From positions 64,001 to 128,000 of the IMG/VR virus record IMGVR_UViG_3300022746_000016: a stretch of DNA of 64,000 nt, one strand, 5' to 3'. Source of the DNA: a virus. Its lineage: Duplodnaviria; Caudoviricetes. Within the stretch, counting starts at the first letter, position 1. Every line of letters starts with the position of its first letter. Shown one piece after another: positions 1 through 8,163 of this stretch. Under the pieces are notes generated by a model. The model made no database searches. It was not told where the DNA came from and saw nothing but the letters and a program-made list of their open reading frames with translations. The translations under genes and the position numbers were made by a program.

Positions 1-230
1 TCACGTTCACCAGCACCACCACGTGCGTCACGTAGCCACAAAGCCAAGCGCAAGGCAAGGTCTTGATCTTCTACTAGAGCAGCAGTGAACTCTTTGGTGA
101 TGTTTTTGCCACGTGATGCGCCAGCTTTGAAGAACAGGTCTACAAGAGCATTGGCAGTGGACTTACGAGCACGCATACCATTTTCAGTACGGGCTTCTTG
201 ATTAACAACGGCATTAACAAAAGTGTTCAT
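1..230 (-). CDS. DUF2828-like (TROVE/vWA-related) protein, N-terminal part; runs off the window
   Basis: Manual translation MNTFVNAVVNQEARTENGMRARKSTANALVDLFFKAGASRG...LRLALWLRDARGGAGER. The TENG, LDLFF-like and RDxRGGxGER motifs match my recollection of DUF2828 proteins. Confidence 0.7.
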   Translation of the reverse strand, partial: MNTFVNAVVNQEARTENGMRARKSTANALVDLFFKAGASRGKNITKEFTAALVEDQDLALRLALWLRDARGGAGER

Positions 231-272
231 ATATTTTCTTTCAAGTAACAGGCGAGGATTCGCCTAAGGGAC

Positions 273-400
273 AACAGGTTAGTTCTTTGCCCGATTTTAT
301 TTTCTCATGATCTAGCTAACATGAGAGATAATGTAACCTTTCGGTGACATCATCAAACGATGCGATTATTAGTCGCTGTTGATTGCTGAAACTAACCTAA
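273..400 (-). ncRNA. Family-A structured ncRNA (Y-RNA-like terminal stem), copy 1
   Basis: 5' UUAGGUUAGUUUCAGCAA ... AAAGAACUAACCUGUU 3' terminal stem enclosing several hairpins. Confidence 0.65.
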
Positions 401-445
401 CGAAACTCTATTCTACTTCACACCTAGAATAAAGTCAACAAAAAT

Positions 446-720
446 AACGGGATGAACGGGTAAATAATTTTGGTTACTTAAACCATCGTGCTCCTTTCGG
501 CTTAGCCCCACGAGAATCGTCCAGTTCGCTGGTATAGCCTGACAAGTTCAGGCAACTTGGTACACATTCGGGTGTAACTATCTGACCCCTAATAGGGGCA
601 CAAGGCATAAGAGCATGCAATAGTCTTTCCAACCTAGTTTCAGTTATGACGCCTTACGACGTTTCCTCCTGTTGAAACTACTCTTAGCACAGTATTGTTT
701 AAAATGCTGTAATCATCCCA
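446..720 (-). ncRNA. Family-A structured ncRNA, long copy 2
   Basis: 5' UGGGAUGAUUACAGCAU ... UUCAUCCCGUU 3' terminal stem; ORF-free multi-hairpin interior. Confidence 0.6.
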
Positions 721-732
721 ATTCAGACTAAA

Positions 733-762
733 TTATACATCAACTTACGTTGTAAGTCAACA
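733..762 (-). promoter_or_regulatory. sigma70-type promoter
   Basis: TTGACT-N17-TATAAT; near-identical copy at 6485-6515. Confidence 0.75.
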
Positions 763-781
763 AGTATTTTGTTCTTTTTAT

Positions 782-811
782 AAAAAAAGTGCAGAGGGGA
801 TTCCTCTGCAC
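782..811 (-). terminator. Intrinsic terminator
   Basis: GTGCAGAGG/CCTCTGCAC hairpin followed by a T-run on the minus strand. Confidence 0.7.
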
Positions 812-852
812 GAAAGGTGTCTCCACCTGTTCCAGTCTAGCTGGTAATCTAT

Positions 853-1335
853 TTAGGCAGCCTTACGGTTGCTCAGAATGTGTTTCATTCTATCAGCGCA
901 GTAAGAAGCAGCGAATGCATTTGGTTTAACCATTGGCACTACGTTGCACATACCACGAATGTAGCCAGTTGCTTCGTTGATAACACAAGAGCTACCATGC
1001 ATTTCGTTAGGGTTGATGTCCAAGTGGATTTGAACATCACGATCTTCCAAAACGTCATGCAACTTTTGGTACAATTCTGCTACTTTGTAAACTTCATTCA
1101 TTAAACGCATACGTGGACGATTCTTCTTTTGATCGTAGTCACGTTCGCGTTGTACTTCACCGAAGATCTTACATCCATGTTTACCATCGATGTGTACTAC
1201 TACGGCGAGTGTGTAATCTGCATACCAGTCTTTACCAATATTAAATCGTTCAGAATCTCCACCAATGTAGATTTTAGTTTCTGGACTTTGAGCCTCGATG
1301 AATGCTTTAACTTCATCGATATCGATTTTACGCAT
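853..1335 (-). CDS. RNase H-like YkuK family protein
   Basis: IYIGGDS motif, RLMNEV and IHLDIN segments, AASYCAD C-terminus. Confidence 0.75.
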   Translation of the reverse strand: MRKIDIDEVKAFIEAQSPETKIYIGGDSERFNIGKDWYADYTLAVVVHIDGKHGCKIFGEVQRERDYDQKKNRPRMRLMNEVYKVAELYQKLHDVLEDRDVQIHLDINPNEMHGSSCVINEATGYIRGMCNVVPMVKPNAFAASYCADRMKHILSNRKAA

Positions 1336-1365
1336 ATTACACCTCTTTTCACCTCATTAAAAAAT

Positions 1366-1442
1366 TGGAGCGGGTATGGGGATTCGAACCCCAACTTTGA
1401 GTTTGGAAGACTTACGTGCTAGCCGTTAAACACTATACCCGC
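1366..1442 (-). tRNA. tRNA-Gly(TCC)
   Basis: Cloverleaf, loop CTTCCAA, encoded CCA. Confidence 0.95.
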
Positions 1443-1447
1443 ATAAA

Positions 1448-1524
1448 TGGCGACCCGAGAGGGATTCGAACCCCCAACACGAGGATTTGGAATCCCCTGC
1501 TCTGCCAATTGGAGCTACCGAGTC
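1448..1524 (-). tRNA. tRNA-Trp(CCA)
   Basis: Cloverleaf, loop TTCCAAA, CCA end. Confidence 0.95.
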
Positions 1525-1525
1525 A

Positions 1526-2998
1526 TTATTTTATATACAACGTATCACCAACACAAAGAGCATCCATCTCTGTAGTATTGAACAATTCAATTGCATCTTG
1601 TATTCTGCCAGCTATAGGTTTACCACCTAGATTCAACGAGGTATTCAACAATACTGGCAATCCTGTTAATGATTCAAACTCATCTAACAGAGAATAGAAC
1701 AATCTGTTTGATTCTACAGTAACTGTCTGGTGACGACAAGTGCCATCAACGTGAGTTATTGCAGGTAAGTTCTTATCAATAACATTCGCAGTAAATAGCA
1801 TGTATGGATTTTCATCCAAATCAAAATACTTACTTGCTTTATCTTTCTTAACGCTGGCACCGAAAGGTCTAAACCATTCTCTACGTTTGACTTTACTATT
1901 CAAAATATCCTTACCATCTTTGATCGTTGGATTCATTAGAATAGATCTATTACCTAGAGCACGTGGTCCAAGTTCACCATGTCCCTGATACCATCCTACA
2001 ATCTTACCGTTAGCGAGCATCTCAGCTACTTTTTTAATCGTTGAAATAGATGGAGTGGAATCTGGAGCCTCATCATCTTGGATATAAGGAAAATCTTTAA
2101 TCACTGGCTGATCAACTTTAAGCATGTAGCATGCATATCTCATACAACCAATAGACAATCCACCATCATAAGAAGCAGGTTCAACTATTAAGTTGTAACC
2201 ATCATCTAGTAGTCTTCGATTCCAGTCAACATTCAAAGCGACACCGCCAGAATAATAAACAGGTTTAGATTTGTCCAGAGAGCTAAACTGTAACTTAACA
2301 AAATCATAACAAATTTCGTTAACAGTTGAAATTGCGTTTAGACGTTTAATCCAATCATCATCAAAACAAGATTTCTCGTCTGGAGGAGAATTCGTACCTA
2401 TATTTACGCATTTTAAGCAATCAGATAAATTATTCGAACTAATTTTTTTTAGTAAATCAAAAACTTCTTTTACTGGCTTTCCATATGGGATTAACCCCAT
2501 TACTTTACCAGCATAGTCTGTATGCTTAGAACCAAGATTTAGTATCTTACCAATATTATCAAAAATATGCGCTGGATTACTACACTTTAGTCTTGTTATG
2601 TTATCATTATTCTTTACCATAACAGTATGGTCACCAGAACCTTTACCATCAATGACTACAGCATTATCATTATTATACGATGATATAGACCACACATGAG
2701 CTAAATGATGATCAAGTATAAAATGTTTTTTATTCTTTCGAATTGATGTATTACCACCATATGGTAGTCTTGTTATCTTATGAAAGTTTGATACACCACC
2801 GCCATCGGTTTCTACAATTAAATCAATCTGGTCGAACGGTATATTCCAATCAGATAGCTTTTGCCAAAACCACCAGTCAGGGGCTTTAGCATGTTTATCT
2901 TGTACTTGTCTTTCCCATTTAGCATATTTAACTACACCATCAACATTAACACAAATACTGCAGTCATGATATGCCTTACCGATACCAACAGTAATCAT
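1526..2998 (-). CDS. Carbamoyltransferase (NodU/CmcH family)
   Basis: HD..., HHLAH, DGKG, AGKVMGL, GGVALN, GPRALGNRSIL, KRREWFRPF, HVDGTCR and LLNTSLN motifs. Confidence 0.92.
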   Translation of the reverse strand: MITVGIGKAYHDCSICVNVDGVVKYAKWERQVQDKHAKAPDWWFWQKLSDWNIPFDQIDLIVETDGGGVSNFHKITRLPYGGNTSIRKNKKHFILDHHLAHVWSISSYNNDNAVVIDGKGSGDHTVMVKNNDNITRLKCSNPAHIFDNIGKILNLGSKHTDYAGKVMGLIPYGKPVKEVFDLLKKISSNNLSDCLKCVNIGTNSPPDEKSCFDDDWIKRLNAISTVNEICYDFVKLQFSSLDKSKPVYYSGGVALNVDWNRRLLDDGYNLIVEPASYDGGLSIGCMRYACYMLKVDQPVIKDFPYIQDDEAPDSTPSISTIKKVAEMLANGKIVGWYQGHGELGPRALGNRSILMNPTIKDGKDILNSKVKRREWFRPFGASVKKDKASKYFDLDENPYMLFTANVIDKNLPAITHVDGTCRHQTVTVESNRLFYSLLDEFESLTGLPVLLNTSLNLGGKPIAGRIQDAIELFNTTEMDALCVGDTLYIK

Positions 2999-3165
2999 TA
3001 GTTATCTTTCAGTTTCAAGACTTCTTGGGTCTCTTCATTATTTCTAGTCGGTTTGTCTTCAGACTCATCGACTTTCTTTTTGTTACCCCAGATACGATCG
3101 TATCCGTTGTCCCATTGATCTTTATCTTCTGGACGACGTTTGTCGCCTTTACCACCGTCACTCAT
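2998..3165 (-). CDS. Small hypothetical protein (MSDGGKGDKRRP..., 55 aa)
   Basis: Manual ORF with AGGAG SD, translationally coupled to the next gene. Confidence 0.65.
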   Translation of the reverse strand: MSDGGKGDKRRPEDKDQWDNGYDRIWGNKKKVDESEDKPTRNNEETQEVLKLKDN

Positions 3166-3179
3166 AAAAATCTCCTAAC

Positions 3180-3255
3180 TGGTGCTGCTTGTCGGATTCG
3201 AACTGACCACCCACGCCTTACTAGAGCGTTGCTCTACCAAATGAGCTAAAGCAGC
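3180..3255 (-). tRNA. tRNA-Thr(AGT)
   Basis: Anticodon arm ACGCT-CTAGTAA-GGCGT; G1-C72, C2-G71. Confidence 0.9.
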
Positions 3256-3263
3256 ATTAAACT

Positions 3264-3339
3264 TGGCTCCCCTACGTGGGCTCGAACCACGGACATTTTG
3301 ATTAACAGTCAAACGCTCTACCAACTGAGCTATAGGAGA
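3264..3339 (-). tRNA. tRNA-Asn(GTT)
   Basis: Cloverleaf, loop CTGTTAA. Confidence 0.95.
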
Positions 3340-3344
3340 ATAAT

Positions 3345-3428
3345 TGGTGGGGATAGTCGGACTCGAACCGACACGCACAAGGCACGAGCTTCTAAGACTC
3401 GCATGGCTACCAATTACATCACATCCCC
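3345..3428 (-). tRNA. tRNA-Leu(TAG)
   Basis: Long variable arm, loop CTTAGAA. Confidence 0.95.
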
Positions 3429-3872
3429 ATACTTACCTACATTCTTACCAGAATATGTATCAGTTTGTGCATGACAGTTTGGACAAATAATTCTCAGATT
3501 ACTTAGATCATTATTGTAGCGATTACCATCAATATGATCCAATTCAACTGGAACAGGATTTCCCATCCATTCTGTAGTACCACAAACTTCACAACGGTGT
3601 TCTTTAACACCGTCTCTGATAAGTTTTAATTTTAATCTATGACTAGAGATATAGGTATCTCCTGTCATATAAACCTCAGCAGATTTATATTTCTTGTCTG
3701 ATTTTCTACCTCTACTACCTTTATTACCGTTATACTCAATACCCATCCTAGAGAGGGCATTTTGAAGAGTACCAACCCGACAACAAAGAAGTTTAGCTAT
3801 CTCAGCTTTTGATCTATCTTCTGCAATCCAACCAAGAATTTCTTCTTTTCTTGGTTCTATGTCATTTCTCAT
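3414..3872 (-). CDS. HNH homing endonuclease
   Basis: CxxC...ELDHIDGNRYNNDLSNLRIICPNCH; inserted between tRNAs. Confidence 0.9.
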   Translation of the reverse strand: MRNDIEPRKEEILGWIAEDRSKAEIAKLLCCRVGTLQNALSRMGIEYNGNKGSRGRKSDKKYKSAEVYMTGDTYISSHRLKLKLIRDGVKEHRCEVCGTTEWMGNPVPVELDHIDGNRYNNDLSNLRIICPNCHAQTDTYSGKNVGKYGDVM

Positions 3873-3926
3873 GTTATTACCTTTTGTAGCACATGCTATT
3901 ACTTAGGAAAACACGTATCTCAATAT

Positions 3927-4000
3927 TGGTCTCGGGTGGAAGAATCGAACTTCCGACCCATGGTCCCAAACCACGAGTTTTACCACTAAACTAACCCGAG
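3927..4000 (-). tRNA. tRNA-Pro(TGG)
   Basis: Loop TTTGGGA. Confidence 0.93.
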
Positions 4001-4005
4001 AAATC

Positions 4006-4118
4006 AACAGGATGCTTTTTTACTTTTGACGGCTGTGCTACCATTACACTACTAGTCGGAATCGAACCGAACCTGCTGTTTGGCTTAAAGTTAAAAATAT
4101 TTGCGGGAAACATCCTAA
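4006..4118 (-). ncRNA. Family-A ncRNA copy 3 with permuted T-arm then D-arm
   Basis: UUAGGAUG...CCGCAA ... UCGG-UUCGAUU-CCGA, then UAGUGUAAUGGUAGCAC ... CAUCCUGUU. Confidence 0.75.
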
Positions 4119-4121
4119 AAC

Positions 4122-4196
4122 TGGTACCTCGTGACGGGATTGAACCGCCGACCGTCTCCTTGTAAGGGAGCTACTCTACCGCTGAGTTAACGAGGC
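4122..4196 (-). tRNA. tRNA-Val(TAC)
   Basis: Loop CTTACAA. Confidence 0.92.
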
Positions 4197-4253
4197 ATAA
4201 AATTCGTTACACACTACTTATCTCATTATACGCCATGTGTAAGGGCGAGGCTT

Positions 4254-4329
4254 TGGTGGTGATGGAGAGACTTGAACTCCCGACAATCTCCGTATGAAGG
4301 AGGTGTTCTACCAACTGAACTACATCACC
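4254..4329 (-). tRNA. tRNA with CAT anticodon (Met or Ile2)
   Basis: Loop TTCATAC. Confidence 0.88.
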
Positions 4330-4456
4330 ATATTGAAACACACTCTCGACGTCAGGGGTCTTTTCATCGCGCTGGTTAGGCTGCTTCATAGTGAGACTCA
4401 ACTATTAACCAAGTTGCTCGAAGTCTACTATCAATGATGAATGTATTTCAATATGG
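4328..4456 (-). ncRNA. Family-B long-terminal-stem spacer RNA
   Basis: CCAUAUUGAAAUACA ... UGUGUUUCAAUAUGG inverted ends. Confidence 0.5.
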
Positions 4457-4527
4457 TGCCCCAGTAAGGAATCGAACCTTCTTTTGATGCTTACAAGGCA
4501 ACTGTAATACCAATATACTACAAGGGC
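4454..4527 (-). tRNA. tRNA-Thr(TGT)
   Basis: Loop CTTGTAA. Confidence 0.92.
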
Positions 4528-4531
4528 AAAT

Positions 4532-4651
4532 AACAGAATCGCTTTTTACGTGCTACCATTACACCACACAGAAGACCAACTCTGCGCTGGGACTCGAACC
4601 CAGACCCTCTTTTTTACAGAAAGATTATTTTAATTGCTGTAACGATTCTAA
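4532..4651 (-). ncRNA. Family-A ncRNA copy 4, YrlA-like circularly permuted tRNA mimic
   Basis: UAGAAUCGUUACAGCAA ... T-arm CUGGG-UUCGAGU-CCCAG, closed acceptor-like stem CGCAGA/UCUGUG, D-arm UGGUGUAAUGGUAGCAC ... CGAUUCUGUU. Confidence 0.8.
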
Positions 4652-4662
4652 CGGTCTTAATC

Positions 4663-4725
4663 AACAGGATAGCTTTTGTCGCTAGACAACCATAGTTAGC
4701 TTTTTGAGTGCTGTAACTATCCTAA
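4663..4725 (-). ncRNA. Family-A ncRNA copy 5 (short)
   Basis: UUAGGAUAGUUACAGCAC ... AAAAGCUAUCCUGUU. Confidence 0.65.
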
Positions 4726-4729
4726 AACT

Positions 4730-4805
4730 TGGTTGCGAACGGTAGGAATCGAACCTACTATCTTCAGCTTATGAGACTGATGAGATACCATTTCTCCACG
4801 CCGCA
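4730..4805 (-). tRNA. tRNA-Met(CAT), initiator-like
   Basis: TGCGG... acceptor, CGCAACCA end, loop CTCATAA. Confidence 0.85.
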
Positions 4806-4810
4806 ATAAT

Positions 4811-5191
4811 TTACTTCTTTGACCATTGCCAGATGTCATCACGTGTCATCTTGCGTTGGTCACCTTTACCGTACTTTGTCACCATAACATGTATGCGAGG
4901 TAGGATGTACATAAAGAACATCATATCATTCGCTTTGCTTCTCTTCTCAACAGAAGAGTACATTTTACCTGCAAGAAACGCTCTTGCCAAGGTAGTTGCT
5001 CGGGATTCGTTACGGACATTCCAACGACGATGGGTAATCAACTCATCTAGCTTTCGTGCCAGAGTAAAGGCTGATACTTCGTCGCTTGAACGATGATACT
5101 TGATTTGCTTCTTAAGTTTAGCTTCTTCGTGACGAATAACTTGTGGCTCAAGAGCGAGGTGTTTTGCTTTAATTTTTAATTCGATACTCAT
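4811..5191 (-). CDS. Hypothetical basic protein
   Basis: 126-aa ORF with GGAGA SD. Confidence 0.75.
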   Translation of the reverse strand: MSIELKIKAKHLALEPQVIRHEEAKLKKQIKYHRSSDEVSAFTLARKLDELITHRRWNVRNESRATTLARAFLAGKMYSSVEKRSKANDMMFFMYILPRIHVMVTKYGKGDQRKMTRDDIWQWSKK

Positions 5192-5257
5192 TTAATTTCT
5201 CCTTGTGTTTTATAAAATTGTTTTCAATGCCCAAGAAGAAACTTACGGAGGGCGAAT

Positions 5258-5278
5258 CTACAAACGGAAATCTTTCAT
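5258..5278 (-). CDS. Mini-ORF MKDFRL-amber (read-through gives ...IRPP-stop at 5243)
   Basis: AAGGAAA SD, ATG, TAG stop; directly downstream of the CTA suppressor tRNA. Confidence 0.45.
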   Translation of the reverse strand: MKDFRL

Positions 5279-5300
5279 CTGTTTTCCTTTCAATAAAAAG

Positions 5301-5375
5301 TGGTGCGTCTGACAGGAATCGAACCTGCTATCCAGAGTTTTAGAGGCTCCTGCTATACCATACAGCTTCAAACGC
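5301..5375 (-). tRNA. Amber suppressor tRNA (anticodon CTA)
   Basis: Anticodon arm GGAGC-CTCTAAA-ACTCT, intact acceptor GCGTTTG/CAGACGC, T-loop TTCGATT. Confidence 0.82.
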
Positions 5376-5399
5376 ATAATCGTATTTATACGAATTAAA

Positions 5400-5562
5400 T
5401 TTGTAAGTAATGGAACCTCGCTCATTTTCCATCATTTTACCAGTATTTTCTTTGAAGCTGCAGACTGGTTAGAGGTACGTAGTAATAGTTGATACAAGGT
5501 TGTCGCACTGACAACTCGCAGGGATTTCGAGTTCCTGCTTTCTCAACATCTACACTTACAAA
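5400..5562 (-). ncRNA. Putative structured ncRNA
   Basis: Terminal inverted repeat TTTGTAAGT/ACTTACAAA with internal hairpins (GCAGG/CCTGC, GTTGTC/GACAAC, ACCAGT/ACTGGT). Confidence 0.4.
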
Positions 5563-5565
5563 ACT

Positions 5566-5640
5566 TGGCGGTCTCAAGGGGTAACGATCCCCTTCTTTAG
5601 CAGTGACAGTGCTACGTGCGTCCATGAACACTTTGAGACC
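5566..5640 (-). tRNA. tRNA-Asp(GTC)
   Basis: Loop CTGTCAC. Confidence 0.9.
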
Positions 5641-6149
5641 TAAACTTTCTTAGGGCGTCCACTCAATGTGGCACCCTTTCTCCAACCAAATGGAATCTCT
5701 GAATCTTTTGGAATCTTCTTATTAGAAGAACCATCAGTTATCCACATAGAACCGAACTGAGTATTATTACAACCTTGTTGAAACTTTTTCTCTTTTCTAG
5801 TCTTGGCTCTACGTTCAGAGACTTCATCTGACCATATATTTTTGGTGTTGATACCGAGTTTATTGATATGATCAAAACCACCCAGACCACCACGCCTTAA
5901 ATTGTAGACATCTTCACGCATTAAGAACTCATCGGTTACAAACTCTTTTTCTCTTTGGAACATTTCCTCTTCTGAGTTAAAGGTTTCTAACACTGTTTTG
6001 GTAAAATTATCAATTCCATATTTCTTGATGGCACGTTTGATAATAGAACCAGAGCCCATATAGCCATCATTCATGTCTGTTGTTTTATGAACACCGACGT
6101 AAATTTTACCATTTACATCGTTTTTTACTTCATAGAGATAGTAGAACAT
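5640..6149 (-). CDS. GIY-YIG (Seg-like) homing endonuclease
   Basis: YLYEVKN...KIYVGVH...YMGSG...YN motif; WITDG C-terminal motif. Confidence 0.9.
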   Translation of the reverse strand: MFYYLYEVKNDVNGKIYVGVHKTTDMNDGYMGSGSIIKRAIKKYGIDNFTKTVLETFNSEEEMFQREKEFVTDEFLMREDVYNLRRGGLGGFDHINKLGINTKNIWSDEVSERRAKTRKEKKFQQGCNNTQFGSMWITDGSSNKKIPKDSEIPFGWRKGATLSGRPKKV

Positions 6150-6307
6150 TTATTCCTCCTACATCTATTTAGTAATTTTGAATATTGTGCATTACGAACT
6201 TTAGCCGTACTTCTATCGTGAGTACCGAAAAGATTGCTAGCAAGCAACCCGAATTAACACGCCAGACCCTTTGTCTGGATTGACAAGCAACTGACGTTGC
6301 TCGATTC

Positions 6308-6393
6308 TGGTGGATGCCGCTGGACTCGAACCAGCAATGCCATAAGGCGGAAGATTTACAGTCTCCTGGGGTTACCAATTTTCCTACACATCC
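6308..6393 (-). tRNA. tRNA-Tyr(GTA)
   Basis: Loop CTGTAAA, long variable arm. Confidence 0.95.
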
Positions 6394-6400
6394 AAAAACT

Positions 6401-6476
6401 TGGTACACGATACGGGAATCGAACCCGTCTTACCAACGTGAAAGGCTGGTGTCCTAAACCGATAGACGAATCGTGC
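6401..6476 (-). tRNA. tRNA-Glu(TTC)
   Basis: Loop CTTTCAC. Confidence 0.95.
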
Positions 6477-6484
6477 ATATAACT

Positions 6485-6515
6485 ATTATACATCAACTTA
6501 CCTTGTAAGTCAACA
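6485..6515 (-). promoter_or_regulatory. sigma70-type promoter internal to the tRNA array
   Basis: TTGACT-N17-TATAAT. Confidence 0.75.
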
Positions 6516-6521
6516 ACTATC

Positions 6522-6599
6522 TGGAATCTGGGGTGAGATTTGAACTCACGGCTTTACTGGTTTGCAATCAGTTCCCTTGGACCACTCGGGCACCCAGAC
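6522..6599 (-). tRNA. tRNA-Cys(GCA)
   Basis: Loop TTGCAAA, U73. Confidence 0.92.
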
Positions 6600-6606
6600 A
6601 TAAATT

Positions 6607-6683
6607 TGGTGCGGATAGCGAGACTCGAACTCGCAGAATCCTGCTTTTGAGGCAGGCACGTATACCAATTCCATCATATCCGC
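6607..6683 (-). tRNA. tRNA-Leu(CAA), short variable loop
   Basis: Loop CTCAAAA. Confidence 0.88.
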
Positions 6684-6685
6684 AT

Positions 6686-6762
6686 TGGTGGGTCAGGTGG
6701 GATTCTAACCCACGATCAAGGCATTATGAGTACCCTGCTTTGGGACACTAAGCTACTGACCC
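6686..6762 (-). tRNA. tRNA with CAT anticodon (probably Ile2)
   Basis: GGGTC acceptor, loop CTCATAA. Confidence 0.85.
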
Positions 6763-6767
6763 AAACT

Positions 6768-6844
6768 TGGTGCGCCCAGAGGGATTCGAACCCCCGACAT
6801 GCGGTGTAGAAGACCGCTGTTCTATCCAGCTGAACTATAGGCGC
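6768..6844 (-). tRNA. tRNA-Arg(TCT)
   Basis: Loop CTTCTAC. Confidence 0.95.
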
Positions 6845-6850
6845 TTAACT

Positions 6851-6937
6851 TGGTGCGAGTAGTCGGAATCGAACCGACATGGACTTGCGTCCGACAGATT
6901 TTAAGTCTGTTGCGTCTACCTATTTCACCATACTCGC
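6851..6937 (-). tRNA. tRNA-Leu(TAA)
   Basis: Loop CTTAAAA, long variable arm. Confidence 0.95.
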
Positions 6938-6942
6938 ATAAC

Positions 6943-7029
6943 TGGCGGAAGATACAGGAATCGAACCTGTCAGCCCATTTCTGAACGAGAGTTTAGCAAA
7001 CTCCTGTCGCACCTTGCAACACATCTTCC
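6943..7029 (-). tRNA. tRNA-Ser(GCT)
   Basis: Loop TTGCTAA, long variable arm. Confidence 0.9.
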
Positions 7030-7032
7030 ATC

Positions 7033-7161
7033 TTATCTTATACGTCGTATTAGTCTTAACCAATAGTACTTTAATCCACGAACTGGGATCTCAAAATAGA
7101 ACCCCACTTCTTTCGGAATGGAGCCATACGCTTTTTCTAATGTTTCTTTTGCTTTTGGCAT
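7033..7161 (-). CDS. Small hypothetical protein (MPKAKETLEKAYG..., 42 aa)
   Basis: Manual ORF with AGGAG SD. Confidence 0.55.
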   Translation of the reverse strand: MPKAKETLEKAYGSIPKEVGFYFEIPVRGLKYYWLRLIRRIR

Positions 7162-7241
7162 TCCATTCTCCTAATGTTGGCCACGATTTTTGTCATTTTA
7201 ACTCAGGCTAACGACGACTCCCTGAGATTAGTTGCAACACA

Positions 7242-7832
7242 TTACATCGTTGGTCCATTGCCGTTTTTGAATCCGACAGTACCACCTTCTCTCTCAATGC
7301 GCTTGATTACGTCTTCAAACAAGATGGGTCTGAAGTCTGTTTGTTCAACGCACACACATTGATAGCGAGGATCGATTCGTTCAACACCATACTGGTCAAT
7401 CTTTGTCACACGTGCTGTATGAGTATGACCATGGATGTTAGTACCGAAGCGATACAAGTTGCTTTCATGGACTGGGATATGAGTTAAAATCATACCATTC
7501 ATCACATGTGAACCACGAATGTCTCTAAAGAATGGAGTATATTCCTCTAATCTAAAGATGTCGTGATTACCTTTAATCAAAACCTTGTCACCGTTTAACC
7601 GATGCATAATCTTTAATGCTCTACGATTAATGACAACGTCACCTAAGTGGTAAACCTTATCCGTTGGACGGACAGTTTCATTCCACATCTTGACCATGGC
7701 TTCGTCCATTTCTTCTGGATCAGTCCATGGTCGAATTTTCGTAACTCCGTCAGCTTCAGTGAATTTGCATACACCAGCGTGACCAAAGTGCGTATCACTT
7801 GTTAAAAATACACTTGGCATATCAAACTCCAT
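7242..7832 (-). CDS. Calcineurin-like metallophosphoesterase
   Basis: SDTHFGH, HLGD, GNHD and HGHTH motifs. Confidence 0.92.
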   Translation of the reverse strand: MEFDMPSVFLTSDTHFGHAGVCKFTEADGVTKIRPWTDPEEMDEAMVKMWNETVRPTDKVYHLGDVVINRRALKIMHRLNGDKVLIKGNHDIFRLEEYTPFFRDIRGSHVMNGMILTHIPVHESNLYRFGTNIHGHTHTARVTKIDQYGVERIDPRYQCVCVEQTDFRPILFEDVIKRIEREGGTVGFKNGNGPTM

Positions 7833-7844
7833 TTCAAGTTAAAC

Positions 7845-7904
7845 AACAGGATGCTTATTTTTCAATTACAAGTTGAATTTGGAAAATTGCTGGACGCATC
7901 CTAA
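7845..7904 (-). ncRNA. Family-A ncRNA copy 6
   Basis: UUAGGAUGCGUCCAGCAA ... AAGCAUCCUGUU. Confidence 0.65.
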
Positions 7905-7908
7905 ATTT

Positions 7909-8000
7909 TGGCGGAAAGCAGAGGAGTCGAACCCCATCCCATTTCTGAGAACCGAGTTTTCAAGGCTCGTCGCCGCACCAACGCAGCTGCATTACTTTCC
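7909..8000 (-). tRNA. tRNA-Ser(TGA)
   Basis: Loop CTTGAAA, long variable arm. Confidence 0.92.
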
Positions 8001-8005
8001 ATATT

Positions 8006-8095
8006 TGGCGGAGATAGTAGGATTTGAACCCACGAACCCTTTCGGGTTGCTTGTTTTCTAGACAAGTGCCATAAACCAGACTCGACCATATCTCC
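8006..8095 (-). tRNA. tRNA-Ser(AGA)
   Basis: Anticodon arm CTTGT-CTAGAAA-ACAAG, long variable arm, G73. Confidence 0.92.
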
Positions 8096-8102
8096 ATTAT
8101 AC

Positions 8103-8160
8103 AACAGGTTTCGCTTTGCTTTTATTCCAAAAAAGATTTTAATTGCTGAAAGAAACCTAA
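8103..8160 (-). ncRNA. Family-A ncRNA copy 7
   Basis: UUAGGUUUCUUUCAGCAA ... GCGAAACCUGUU. Confidence 0.65.
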
Positions 8161-8163
8161 AAC

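Noticed and set aside
446-720. tmRNA or RNase P RNA
   Set aside because: It lacks the GGGG...UCCACCA tRNA-like ends and the RNase P conserved segments; its ends match family A instead.
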